Of a stretch of DNA of 64,000 bases, positions 23,329 to 32,995 are shown piece by piece. Each line of letters begins with the position of its first letter. Position 1 is the first letter of the stretch. The notes below the pieces were generated by a model. The model saw only the letters and a list, made by a program, of their open reading frames with translations. It was not told the origin of the DNA and ran no database searches. Source of the stretch: an uncultured bacterium (GTDB lineage Bacteria > Oederibacteriota > Oederibacteriia > Oederibacteriales > Oederibacteriaceae); assembly GCA_965112635.1 (NCBI GenBank), contig OZ218778.1, positions 768,001 to 832,000 on the forward strand, in the 5' to 3' direction. The position numbers and the translations under genes were made by a program.

Positions 23329-24666
23329 ATGCAGAACTTTTACCAGAAGATGGCTGACGGAACCATCAAGCAAATAAACCCTTTTACCGGGACCGAAGTC
23401 TGGTCCGTGCCGGGCAGGGCCAGCAAGCCCATCACCAACGCCATCCCGGCCACGGCCAAGCCCGTGACCAGCAAACCGGCGGCGGAGGAAGACTACTGCA
23501 ATTTCTGCCCCAAAAAATACCTCAACACCCCGCCCGAAAAAGCCAGGATGGTCAAGGACAAGGACGGCTACAAGGTCCTCAGGGGCGTGGCGGCCAACGA
23601 AATTTTCAACACCTGCGCGGAGTTCAGGCGGGTGCCCAACCTCTTTGAGATCGTGTCCTTTGACTACTGGCAGAAGAATTTCGGGTTCAAGATCCCGGAC
23701 GCGGAAAAAGAGAGGATGGAAAAATACCTGTCCACGAACGAGGGCAAGGCCCATGTGGACAAGGTCGTGACGCTCAAGATGAAAGCCGGCGGCAAGACGG
23801 ACGCGGAGATCGCCGCGATGAACCCGGCCGACAAACAGCACCTGACCGAGGCTTTTTTCGCGGGGTCGCACGAGCTCATCGTGGCGGGCCGGCACTATGT
23901 CGACGGCGCCACCCACGACTCCCAGCTGTGTTCCTCGGGCGAACTCACCCCGGAACAGCATTTCCAGTATTTCAAGTTCACCATTGAAGCGATGAAGGAC
24001 ATCTACGCCAAGAACCGCTACATCCGCTACATCAGCGTGTTCCAGAACTGGCTGGCCTCGGCCGGCGCGTCCTTTGACCATCTGCACAAACAGCTCGTGG
24101 GCGTGGACGATTGGGGCATCTCCATCGAAAAAGAGATCAACCTCTTGAGGGCCAACCCCAACATCTATAACGAGCTGGCGGTCAACTACGCGGGCTACCA
24201 CAACCTCATCGTGGCTGAGAACGAAAACGCCATTGCTTTCGCCGACATCGGGCACCGCTACCCGACCTTGTCCATCTTTTCCAAGAGCGAGCATGTGAGG
24301 CCGTGGGACCTCACCGACGAGGAGCTCAGGGGTTTCTCGGACATCGTGCACGCGTGCCACGCGGCCACCGGCAACGCCATCCCGTGCAACGAAGAGTGGT
24401 ACTACTCGCCCATCGACTGCCTGGACGGGATGCCCTGGCACATCCTGCTCAAGTGGCGCATCAATAACCCGGCGGGTTTTGAGGGCGGGACCAAGATCTA
24501 CATCAACGCGGTATCCCCGGAGGACCTGCGGGACAAGATCGTGCCCCGTTTGTTCGAGCTCAAGAACAACAAAAAGATCACGGCCTTTCCCATTGCTTTT
24601 GAGTGCCCGTCGCAGGCCAATCCCCTGCGGTACGTGAAGCACCTCACCAGGAATTTGCTAACCTAG
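23329..24666 (+). CDS. DUF4921 family protein (GalT/HIT-like)
   Basis: MADGTIKQINPFTGTEVWSVPGR, FQNWL..AGASFDHLHKQL, PAGFEGGTKIYIN. Confidence 0.85.
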   Translation: MQNFYQKMADGTIKQINPFTGTEVWSVPGRASKPITNAIPATAKPVTSKPAAEEDYCNFCPKKYLNTPPEKARMVKDKDGYKVLRGVAANEIFNTCAEFRRVPNLFEIVSFDYWQKNFGFKIPDAEKERMEKYLSTNEGKAHVDKVVTLKMKAGGKTDAEIAAMNPADKQHLTEAFFAGSHELIVAGRHYVDGATHDSQLCSSGELTPEQHFQYFKFTIEAMKDIYAKNRYIRYISVFQNWLASAGASFDHLHKQLVGVDDWGISIEKEINLLRANPNIYNELAVNYAGYHNLIVAENENAIAFADIGHRYPTLSIFSKSEHVRPWDLTDEELRGFSDIVHACHAATGNAIPCNEEWYYSPIDCLDGMPWHILLKWRINNPAGFEGGTKIYINAVSPEDLRDKIVPRLFELKNNKKITAFPIAFECPSQANPLRYVKHLTRNLLT

Positions 24667-24794
24667 AACAGAAAAAGTCTCTGCCCCGCCTCGCGAACCT
24701 TTGCTAATCCTGCGTTTCCTAAAAAAAGTGAGCGTGCCCAAACAGTTTTTTTGCCATCCTCTCCTTCCCCATTGCCAAGGCGACAAAGTATTCC

Positions 24795-25550
24795 TTACAA
24801 GTTTTTAGGGTAATGGATGCGGACCAGGCAGAGGCCCTGGGCGGGGACATTGGGGCCGGCCAGAGAACGGTTTTTCCCCCTGATGATAGACGCGAGCTCA
24901 GAGGGTTTTAGCCTTCCCTTGCCGACATGGAGGAGCGTGCCCACGATGCTGCGGCACATTTTGTAGAGGAAATACTGGCTGGATAACCGGATATAAATCA
25001 AATTCCCCTTTTTACTTACCCTGACCCCATAGACCCGCATACGGGTTTTTTTTTGCTGGCTGCCGCTGGTCTGAAAACTGGCAAAATCCTTTTTACCACG
25101 CAAGTAAGAGGCTGCTTTTTGCATGGCTTTCACGTCCAGAGGCTCGTGCACGTGCAGGGCCGTGTGGCGCACAAGAGGCGCAGGCACGCGATGGTTCCAG
25201 AGGGTATACAAATACTCCTTGGACAGGGCGTCCTTGCGGGAAGAAAAAGAAGGGGGACAAGCGGACACTTTTTTGACGGTCAGGTCAGGCGGAAGCATGC
25301 AAAGGAAAGCCCGGTGGAACTCTTGCGCTGTCATGGAAGTGGAGAGGGAAAAATCAGCCACCTGGCCTAGGGCATGCACGCCTGAATCGGTCCGGCTGGC
25401 GCCATTAACCTTGACCTCCTGGCCTGTGATGGTTTTCAGAGTTTCTTCCAAAACGCCCTGCGCCGAACGCTTGCGGGGCTGTTTTTGCCAGCCGCAAAAA
25501 TGCGTGCCGTCATAGGCCACGGTCATCTTGAAAAAGCGCGTTTTGGGCAT
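24795..25550 (-). CDS. truA: tRNA pseudouridine(38-40) synthase
   Basis: YDGTHFCGWQKQ, SRTDSGVHALGQV, FLYKMCRSIVG, PAQGLCL. Confidence 0.96.
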   Translation of the reverse strand: MPKTRFFKMTVAYDGTHFCGWQKQPRKRSAQGVLEETLKTITGQEVKVNGASRTDSGVHALGQVADFSLSTSMTAQEFHRAFLCMLPPDLTVKKVSACPPSFSSRKDALSKEYLYTLWNHRVPAPLVRHTALHVHEPLDVKAMQKAASYLRGKKDFASFQTSGSQQKKTRMRVYGVRVSKKGNLIYIRLSSQYFLYKMCRSIVGTLLHVGKGRLKPSELASIIRGKNRSLAGPNVPAQGLCLVRIHYPKNL

Positions 25551-25552
25551 GG

Positions 25553-26068
25553 TCAGCAGGCTTTTTTATGCTGGTGCCGGCGGGCGAAAGTCACATATTC
25601 CAAAGCGTTGGAGCGGATCTTGGCGATCTCTTCCTTGGTGAGCTGACGCAAAACCTTGGCCGGAGAGCCCACGACCAGGCTGCCTGCCGGGATGGTCTTT
25701 CCCTCGGTTACCAGGGCGCCGGCGGCGATGAGGCAGTTATCCTCTATAACCGAACGGTTGAGCAGGATGGCGCCCATGCCGATAAGGCAGTTGTTGCCCA
25801 CGCGTGTCCCGTGCAGGATGGCTTTGTGCCCCACGATGCAGTTAGCTCCGACCGCGCAGGGCGCGTCCGTATCCACGTGCAGGACGCAGCCGTCCTGGAT
25901 GTTGGAATTTTCTCCCACGGAAATGCTGTTCCAGTCGCCGCGCAGGACCGCGCAGGGCCAGATGCTGACATTGTCGGCCAGGCGCACCTCTCCAATGACC
26001 TGGGCCGAGTCGTGGATCCAGCAGGAAGGGGCGATGACGGGTTTTTTATCCTCGAAGGCGGAGATCAT
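25553..26068 (-). CDS. Gamma carbonic anhydrase family protein (YrdA-like)
   Basis: VLRGD, NIQDGCVLH, VGH.AILHG, LVVGSPAK hexapeptide pattern; ATG at 26068. Confidence 0.92.
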   Translation of the reverse strand: MISAFEDKKPVIAPSCWIHDSAQVIGEVRLADNVSIWPCAVLRGDWNSISVGENSNIQDGCVLHVDTDAPCAVGANCIVGHKAILHGTRVGNNCLIGMGAILLNRSVIEDNCLIAAGALVTEGKTIPAGSLVVGSPAKVLRQLTKEEIAKIRSNALEYVTFARRHQHKKAC

Positions 26069-26075
26069 GGCCGGG

Positions 26076-27170
26076 CTAGGCCAAAAAACCCTGTTGGCGG
26101 CAAAGCTCCGCGACCAGGATGGCGCCTTTGGCGGCGCCCATCTTGGTGTTGTGGGAGAGCAGGATGTATTTGACGCCGTTTTTAAGGGCCGGGTCTTCGC
26201 GTAGGCGGCCCACCATCGTGGCCATGCCGTCGAACATCTCTCTGTCGAGGCGAGGCTGGGGATGGAACGGGTCGTCAAAGACCACGATCATCTGAGGAGG
26301 CGCGGAGGGCAGACCTTTTAACGACTGGCTGGCCCACAACCCCATCGCTTTTTTGACCTCGGCTAAGGGAGCTTTTTTGGACAGGGACACGAATACGGAC
26401 TCCGTGTGCCCGTCCACCACGCCCACGCGCGTGCAGGTCGTGGTGACCTTGAAATCTCCCGGGGCGATCTTGCCGCCCTTGAGCGTGCCCAGAATTTTTT
26501 GCGTTTCCCTCTGGACCTTTTCCTCTTCACCGGAGATGAACGGGATGACATTATCGATGACGTCGAGCGCCAAAACGCCGCCGCGGCGGCCCGCGCCGGA
26601 TATGGCCTGCATAGAGGTCATGATGACCGTTTCCAGGCCGAACTTTTCATGCAAAGGGGCGAGCGTGACGGCCATGCCGGTCGTCGTGCAGTTGGGGATG
26701 GCCAGGATGAAACCTTTCCAGCCCCTGTTTTTCATCTGCTGTCTGACCAGGGGAAGATGGCCGTTGTTGACGCCGGGGATCAAGAGAGGCTCGTCCTCTT
26801 CCATCCGGAAGGCGGAGGCCGTGCTCACGACCGGCGTTGTTTTGGCCCAGCGGGGCTCCAAATCCTTGGCCGCGTCCGACTCGATGGCCGAAAAGACCAG
26901 GTCCACACTGTCCGCCTGGAAATCCTGGGAATCCTCCACTTTCATCTTGAGGAGGTCCTGACCGGGCAGAGGCCCGGCCCACCAGCCCAACGCGTTATTT
27001 TTGGGATCGCGCAGAGCCTGCTCGTAGGTTTTTCCCGCGGAACGCTCGGAGCCCACCATTTTAGCGATCCTGAACCAGGGGTGGTCTCCTAAAGCAGCCA
27101 CGAACTGCTGCCCGGCGATGCCGGTAGCTCCAACGATAGCCACATTTCTCTTTTTATCCATTGCTGACAT
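26076..27170 (-). CDS. asd: Aspartate-semialdehyde dehydrogenase (archaeal/fungal-like type)
   Basis: GATGIAGQQF, PNCTT, MQAISGAG, HNTKMGAA. Confidence 0.93.
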   Translation of the reverse strand: MSAMDKKRNVAIVGATGIAGQQFVAALGDHPWFRIAKMVGSERSAGKTYEQALRDPKNNALGWWAGPLPGQDLLKMKVEDSQDFQADSVDLVFSAIESDAAKDLEPRWAKTTPVVSTASAFRMEEDEPLLIPGVNNGHLPLVRQQMKNRGWKGFILAIPNCTTTGMAVTLAPLHEKFGLETVIMTSMQAISGAGRRGGVLALDVIDNVIPFISGEEEKVQRETQKILGTLKGGKIAPGDFKVTTTCTRVGVVDGHTESVFVSLSKKAPLAEVKKAMGLWASQSLKGLPSAPPQMIVVFDDPFHPQPRLDREMFDGMATMVGRLREDPALKNGVKYILLSHNTKMGAAKGAILVAELCRQQGFLA

Positions 27171-27288
27171 TCTCCTTTCTCTTCAAATGCCCTGAAAAAC
27201 AATATGCTCACTTCGCGGGCTACGGGTTGTGACTACCCCCTTGGGGGTATGTACCCACAACGAGAGGCCGCGTGGTTCTCTCGCAGGG

Positions 27289-27747
27289 TTAATAGGTAGT
27301 GTACGACAGTCCCCTGGTGTCCATATAGCAGCTGTTCACATAGATGCGGCCGTATGAACTGTCATAGGCCCAGCCCGCGCCCGGAGCCGTGGGTATCGTG
27401 CCGGCAGAAATATAGACCATGGCGTTGCCGCGGGGGTTGGTACCGATGCTGCTGTGGGTCGCCGTGACCTGGGGCAAAACATCCAGATACGAGGACATGA
27501 GGTAACTGGTCCAGGAGTTGTTGTTCAAGGTCGTGGGCCAGACCCCTTCCCTGTCGCCGTAATAAATGGCCATGGCGCTCCGGATGGCGCCGCCGTTGGC
27601 TTTGGTCGTGGACTCGTTGGCTTTTTCGCACATGGCGTAGTATTTGGGGATGGCGATGGCGGCCAGGATGCCGATGATGCCGACTACGATCATCAGTTCG
27701 ATCAGCGTGAACCCCTTTTGTTCATATAAACTGCGGTTGCAAACCAT
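27289..27747 (-). CDS. Type IV pilin/pseudopilin (prepilin N-terminal methylation domain)
   Basis: KG^[22 protein letters not shown] class III signal; TGaTATAAT upstream near 27783-27791. Confidence 0.9.
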   Translation of the reverse strand: MVCNRSLYEQKGFTLIELMIVVGIIGILAAIAIPKYYAMCEKANESTTKANGGAIRSAMAIYYGDREGVWPTTLNNNSWTSYLMSSYLDVLPQVTATHSSIGTNPRGNAMVYISAGTIPTAPGAGWAYDSSYGRIYVNSCYMDTRGLSYTTY

Positions 27748-27818
27748 TTAAAACTCCATTTCCAAACCCCTAGGTTGCAGGGATTATATCATAATTGCAG
27801 GAGGGTAAAGGCCTTCCA

Positions 27819-28922
27819 TTACTTGGCTTTTTTGGGTGTGGCGGCCGGGGTGGACAGCGGTTTGGCGGCCGGTTTGGTCGGGGTCAAGGCCGGCGATGCT
27901 GGAGCGGCCTGGTCCGAGTCCACGGGACCGCATTTGATGATACGGCTGTTGCGGTTGTTGACCAGGTAGAGATAACCCTGGGAGTCGATGGCGACGCCGA
28001 TCATGCTGCCAAGACTTTCCTGGACGGGGTCCTTCCATTTGCAGAGCAGCTTGAGGTTCTTGTTGAAAACCCAGACCCCGCCGCTGACGTCCGTGACATA
28101 GAGGTTGCCTGTGGGGCCCAGGACGGCGCGCGAGAGTTCGCTGCCCAAGCCGGACGGGGTCGTCCAAAAAGCAGCGAGGCTTCCGGTATGGCCGTCGAAC
28201 TTTTGGACCCGTTTGCCCAGGTCCACCACAAAGAAGTTGCCGTCCGGGTCAAAGACTAGGCCCGTGGGAGAGTTGATCTGTCCTTTTTTCTTGCCGTAAA
28301 CGCCGAAGGCCTTGAGCGCGTTGCCCTTGGCGTCCAGCTTGACGAGCTGGGAGGTGCCGTAGTTGGCGGTCCAGAGGAAGCCGTCGTTGTCGTAAGTCAT
28401 GCCCTGGGTGCTGCTGAAATCGCCGCGGATCTTCCACAAGAGCCGGCCTTGGGGATCGAACATCGCAAGACCCGCCTGCTGGTTGTCCACGACCGCGATG
28501 TTGCCGGTCTTTTTATTAACGGTCAGGCCGTTGAGGAAAACGGGAGCACCCGTGTTCAGACAAGGGACCGGAAAGGCGCCGAGGAACTTGCCCTGGCCGT
28601 CGAATTTTTGGACCCGGCCGTTTCGGGCGTCGATGACCAGGAGACGGCCCTGGGGGTCGCAGACGATATCGCGGGCGTTGGTGAACTCTCCGGCCTTGGC
28701 GCCCTCGGAACCCCAGCCCAGGACATAAGGGGCGAACACTTCCACGGGTTTGGTGGACCTGGACCAGGTGCCGTTGGTCATGATGTGGATCTGGATACTG
28801 GCCACGACGAGGATGGCGAGGACGATGCCGATGCCGAGATGTTTGGGATAGCCCAAAACCTTGGTGCCGGAACTTTTTACGCTGCGGGACTTTTTGGGCG
28901 TCGCGGCTTTTTTACCGGGCAT
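27819..28922 (-). CDS. Membrane-anchored NHL-repeat beta-propeller protein
   Basis: N-terminal TM; repeats G.F..ARDI..D..G.L.V.D..N.RVQKFD..G. Confidence 0.85.
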   Translation of the reverse strand: MPGKKAATPKKSRSVKSSGTKVLGYPKHLGIGIVLAILVVASIQIHIMTNGTWSRSTKPVEVFAPYVLGWGSEGAKAGEFTNARDIVCDPQGRLLVIDARNGRVQKFDGQGKFLGAFPVPCLNTGAPVFLNGLTVNKKTGNIAVVDNQQAGLAMFDPQGRLLWKIRGDFSSTQGMTYDNDGFLWTANYGTSQLVKLDAKGNALKAFGVYGKKKGQINSPTGLVFDPDGNFFVVDLGKRVQKFDGHTGSLAAFWTTPSGLGSELSRAVLGPTGNLYVTDVSGGVWVFNKNLKLLCKWKDPVQESLGSMIGVAIDSQGYLYLVNNRNSRIIKCGPVDSDQAAPASPALTPTKPAAKPLSTPAATPKKAK

Positions 28923-28924
28923 CT

Positions 28925-29275
28925 TTATTTCCTTCTCTGGACTTTTCTTTTTTCCTGGGTGACGGGCACGGGGCGGCTCCGGCGTTCAACGCCCGAACGG
29001 CGGTCCTTGCTGAAAAGGATCATTTTGCCGCCCATTTTTTTCATGATGACGCGGGTGGCCTTGTGGAAATAGAGGTTGTTGCCCAGGGCCATCCAGTCGG
29101 GATTGTTATCCGAGGCCAAGACTCTCTTGTTATCCTTGACCGCTTTGCTCATACGGCGGCGGTCGTAACCCACGATCTTTTCAATCGTGCCCGCCTTTTC
29201 CACGATCACCTTGCGCTTGGGATCAAAAAACTGGTTCTTACCCAGGTTGATGTAGTGTCCGTCCACCATTTCCAT
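28925..29275 (-). CDS. Small basic hypothetical protein with an internal duplication
   Basis: SD AAGGAGG; two LGxN-[FY]F...VI...DRR units. Confidence 0.75.
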   Translation of the reverse strand: MEMVDGHYINLGKNQFFDPKRKVIVEKAGTIEKIVGYDRRRMSKAVKDNKRVLASDNNPDWMALGNNLYFHKATRVIMKKMGGKMILFSKDRRSGVERRSRPVPVTQEKRKVQRRK

Positions 29276-29281
29276 TCCTCC

Positions 29282-29500
29282 TTATTTAATATCAAAAATT
29301 TTGTTGCGGCTGCGCTGGCCCGCGACCATGGTAATGTCCGCTTTGGGCACCTTGAAGTGCGCCGCCAAAAGTCCGATGAGGGCCTGGTTGGCTTCCCCTT
29401 TCACGGGCGCTTCCCTGACCCAGGCCGCGTAGCTGCCGGAAGCGGCCCTCTCCATTTTTTCCTTGCTGGCACGCGTGTTTACACGGACGCTGATGCGCAT
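29282..29500 (-). CDS. DUF167 (YggU-like) protein
   Basis: APVKGEANQALI..LA.HF.VPK.....G..SRNK. Confidence 0.9.
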   Translation of the reverse strand: MRISVRVNTRASKEKMERAASGSYAAWVREAPVKGEANQALIGLLAAHFKVPKADITMVAGQRSRNKIFDIK

Positions 29501-29503
29501 CGT

Positions 29504-30568
29504 TTAGAGCAGACCGGCGACCAGGTCCCCGACTTCTCGAGTGGAAAGACCCATTTTGCCGGCGGAAAGGCTCTTGATCTTGCCGCTCCCCAGCGCCTTG
29601 ACGATAGCCTGCTCGACCGCCGCTGCGGCCTGGGCCTCGCCCAGAGTGTCCAGCATCAACTGGCCGGCGGCGATGGCTGCCAGCGGGTTGATGATGTTCT
29701 TGCCCGTGTATTTGGGCGCGGACCCTCCGATGGGCTCGAACATGGAAACGCCCTCCGGGTTGATGTTGCCGCCCGCGGCGATGCCCATGCCGCCTTGGAT
29801 CATGGCGCCAAGGTCCGTAATAATATCCCCGAAAAGGTTCTCGGTCACGATGACGTCAAAGAACTCCGGGTTCTTGACCATCCACATGGTCGTAGCGTCC
29901 ACATGGGCGTAGTCCCGGGTGACCTTGGGAAACTCTTTTTCCCCCATCTCGTTAAAGGCCCTGACCCACAGGTCGCCCGCGTAGGTGAGCACGTTGTTCT
30001 TGTGGCACAGGGTCAGTTTGTTCTTTTTATTGCGTTTTTGGGCGAGCTTGAAAGAGTAACGCAGGCAGCGGTCCACTTCTTTGCGCGTGTAGGCCATGAT
30101 CTGCGTGACCAGCTCGTCAGGCGTGCCTTTTTTGACCACGCCTCCCAGGCCTGTGTAGATGCCGCCGCAATTTTCGCGCACGATGATGAAGTCAATATCG
30201 GCCGGGCCCTTGTCCTTGAGCGGCGTGTCCACGCCGGGATAGAGCTTGACGGGCCTAAGATTGATGTACTGGTCCAGGGCAAAGCGGAGCTTTAACAGGA
30301 TGCCGGCCTCCAGAATGCCTGGCTTGACGTCAGGGTGGCCGATGGCGCCAAGGTAGATGGCCGAGTGTTTCTTCAGCTCATCCACAGCTCCCTCAGGCAA
30401 AATCTCTCCGGTTTTGAGAAAACGCTCTCCCCCGAAATCGTAATGCTGCCAGTCAAAGGTGATACTGAACTTTTTGGCGGCGGCCTTGAGGACTTTCAGC
30501 CCTTCGGCGATGACCTCCGGGCCGGTGCCGTCTCCGGGGACCACGGCGATGGAATATTTTTTGGGCAT
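29504..30568 (-). CDS. leuB: 3-isopropylmalate dehydrogenase
   Basis: PGDGTGPEV, NLRPVKL, NLFGDIITDLGA, FEPIGGSAPK; downstream of leuA. Confidence 0.93.
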   Translation of the reverse strand: MPKKYSIAVVPGDGTGPEVIAEGLKVLKAAAKKFSITFDWQHYDFGGERFLKTGEILPEGAVDELKKHSAIYLGAIGHPDVKPGILEAGILLKLRFALDQYINLRPVKLYPGVDTPLKDKGPADIDFIIVRENCGGIYTGLGGVVKKGTPDELVTQIMAYTRKEVDRCLRYSFKLAQKRNKKNKLTLCHKNNVLTYAGDLWVRAFNEMGEKEFPKVTRDYAHVDATTMWMVKNPEFFDVIVTENLFGDIITDLGAMIQGGMGIAAGGNINPEGVSMFEPIGGSAPKYTGKNIINPLAAIAAGQLMLDTLGEAQAAAAVEQAIVKALGSGKIKSLSAGKMGLSTREVGDLVAGLL

Positions 30569-30572
30569 GGGA

Positions 30573-32096
30573 TCAGTTCCCCTTCCTCTTTTTTTTGGAT
30601 AAGAACTTGTTGATGGCGTTCAGATAGGCCTTGGCGGATGCCTCGATGATGTCCGTGGAGGAGCCGCGGCCTGTTTCCTCTTGCGATTTCCCTTTTAACC
30701 GGACCGAGACCTCGCCCTGGGCGTCCTTGCCGCCCGTGATGGCCTTGAGCGAATAGTCGGACAGCTTGGCCGTGTTGCCGGTCAGGCGGTCCAAGGCGTT
30801 ATAAACCGCGTCCACAGGGCCATCCCCACAGGCGGCCTCCTGCAGCATTTTGCCGCGGCGGGAGATCCGCACGGTGGCCGTCGGGACGGTCTGGTTGCCG
30901 CTGGTGATGCTCAGATATTCCAGATGGTAGGTCTCCTCGGACTTGGAGAACTCGTCCTCCAGGAGCACCAAAAGGTCGTCGTCGTAGACTTCTTTTTTCT
31001 TGTCGGCCAGGGCCAAAAACTGCTGGTAGGCCTTGTCGAGGTTTTTAGCGGACAAGCGATAACCCATCTTTTTCAGCCTGAAATTGAGGGCATGCCGGCC
31101 CGAACGGCTGGTCAGGATCAGCTGGTGTTCCTTTAACCCGATGGATTCAGGGGTGATGATCTCGAAGGTCTGCCGGTTCTTCAATAGGCCGGCCTGGTGG
31201 ATGCCCGAGGCGTGAGCAAAGGCGTTCTGGCCCACGATGGCCTTGTTGGCCTGGACCACCATGCCCGTGACGCGGCTGACCAGGCGGCTGGTGGCGGAGA
31301 TCTGGGTGGAATCCACGCCCACCTCGTAATCGCCGAAATAATCCTTGCGCGTTTTGATGGCCATGGCCACTTCCTCGAGGGCGCAGTTGCCGGCGCGCTC
31401 TCCCAGGCCGTTGATGGAACACTCGATCTGGGTGGCGCCGTTCTTGACGGCCGCGAGCGAGTTGGCTGTGGCCAGCCCCAGGTCGTTGTGGCAGTGCACG
31501 CTGATGACGACCTGACGCAGGCGCGGGAGGCTGACCTGGAGCCTGTGGATCAGGCCGCCGAACTCGTCCGGGATGCTGTAGCCGACCGTGTCCGGGATGT
31601 TGATGGTCGTGGCGCCGGCTATAAGGGCGGTCTCCACGACGCGGCAAAGAAACGCGTAGTCAGTGCGCGTGGCGTCCATGGCCGAGAACTCTACGTCCCG
31701 GCAGTAGTGCCGGGCCAGCCGGACCGCCTCCGTGGTCATCCTGACAACCTCGTCCTTGGTTTTGCCCATCATGTTGAGATGGGTCGGAGAGGTACCGACG
31801 AAAACATGGATGCGGGGTTTCAAGGCTTGCTTGACCGACTGCCAGCAGACCTCGACATCCTTTTTGACGCAACGGGCCAGGCCGGCGATGATGGGGCCGC
31901 GGGTCTGGCGGCTGATGAGCTTGACCGCTTCCGTATCTCCCGGCGAGGAGATGGGAAAACCGGCCTCAATGACGTCCACCTTGAGCTTGGCCAGTTGGGC
32001 GGCGATCTCCAGCTTTTGGGCGATGTTGAGCGACGCGCCGGGGGTCTGTTCGCCGTCCCGCAGTGTCGTGTCGAAGATCAATACCTGTTTTTTCAT
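30573..32096 (-). CDS. leuA: 2-isopropylmalate synthase
   Basis: DTTLRDGEQ, HCHNDLG, GERAGN, GDGPVDA regulatory domain. Confidence 0.96.
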   Translation of the reverse strand: MKKQVLIFDTTLRDGEQTPGASLNIAQKLEIAAQLAKLKVDVIEAGFPISSPGDTEAVKLISRQTRGPIIAGLARCVKKDVEVCWQSVKQALKPRIHVFVGTSPTHLNMMGKTKDEVVRMTTEAVRLARHYCRDVEFSAMDATRTDYAFLCRVVETALIAGATTINIPDTVGYSIPDEFGGLIHRLQVSLPRLRQVVISVHCHNDLGLATANSLAAVKNGATQIECSINGLGERAGNCALEEVAMAIKTRKDYFGDYEVGVDSTQISATSRLVSRVTGMVVQANKAIVGQNAFAHASGIHQAGLLKNRQTFEIITPESIGLKEHQLILTSRSGRHALNFRLKKMGYRLSAKNLDKAYQQFLALADKKKEVYDDDLLVLLEDEFSKSEETYHLEYLSITSGNQTVPTATVRISRRGKMLQEAACGDGPVDAVYNALDRLTGNTAKLSDYSLKAITGGKDAQGEVSVRLKGKSQEETGRGSSTDIIEASAKAYLNAINKFLSKKKRKGN

Positions 32097-32995
32097 TTGA
32101 ACGCTTCCTTAGTCTCTGGTTTTTTTTCTAAAAGCGGGCTCTTGACCTTTTTTCCCCTCATGAGCTTGAACACATTAAAGATTAAAGCATAGATCAGATA
32201 CACGGACAAAAGAATAAAGACCACCATCTCCGGAGAGTTGACGGCGATGGCCATGAGGAAGACCAGCAGGACCAAAACCATGAAAGGCAGGCGCTTTTTG
32301 GAGGCCCAGTTCAGGCTGGGGAACTCCAGAGTCGATACCATCAGGCAACTCAAAAGCAAAACCATGACCGGCACGAAGATCGTATTGAAGAAGGTCAGGT
32401 TCTCCTCGTACCAGCCGAGCACGCTGTCGAAGAGGATGCCTTTTTTGCCGTACCACCAACCGCCCCAGCGGCTCAGGAGCACGTAGGAAGCCAGAAAGCC
32501 GGCCGCCGAAGGGATGGGCATGCCCACGAAATTTTTATTATCCTCCGGGTTCTTGAAGGTGTTGTAGCGGGCCAGACGCAGGGCGCCGGCGATCACGAAA
32601 AAGATCGTCAGAATGATGCCCCACTGGAGCTGATAACGCAGGACCGCGAGGTAAAGCATGATGGCCGGCGCGATGCCGAAAGAGACCAGGTCGGCCAAAG
32701 AATCGTACTCCAGCCCGAACTGGCTGGAAGCGCCCATCAGGCGGGCGACCATGCCGTCAAAAAGGTCGAAAAGGGCCGCGCCCAAGATCAGCCACGCGGA
32801 CACCCCGAAAGGCGGGGTCATCCCCTCGTAGGCCTTGAGCTTCAAGGCGTCTGTGACGGAGAAGATGATGGATAAGACCCCGCAGAAAAGGTTGCCCGTT
32901 GTCAAAAGGTTGGGCAAAAGGTAGATGCCTTTTTTAAATATGGTCTTGCGCTGAGGAACCTGAACGGCGATGGTCCTTTTAGATAAAGCGGCCAA
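32093..32995 (-). CDS. pssA: CDP-diacylglycerol--serine O-phosphatidyltransferase
   Basis: LLPNLLTTGNL, FDLFDGMVAR.....SQFG..YDSLAD..SFG.APA; likely TTG start at 32995 behind GGAGGT. Confidence 0.9.
   Translation of the reverse strand: MAALSKRTIAVQVPQRKTIFKKGIYLLPNLLTTGNLFCGVLSIIFSVTDALKLKAYEGMTPPFGVSAWLILGAALFDLFDGMVARLMGASSQFGLEYDSLADLVSFGIAPAIMLYLAVLRYQLQWGIILTIFFVIAGALRLARYNTFKNPEDNKNFVGMPIPSAAGFLASYVLLSRWGGWWYGKKGILFDSVLGWYEENLTFFNTIFVPVMVLLLSCLMVSTLEFPSLNWASKKRLPFMVLVLLVFLMAIAVNSPEMVVFILLSVYLIYALIFNVFKLMRGKKVKSPLLEKKPETKEAFK

Noticed and set aside
32969-32978. Second possible ATC start (AAGGACC-ATC) for pssA
   Set aside because: Spacing of 2 nt is too short; an in-frame TTG at 32995 with GGAGGT explains initiation
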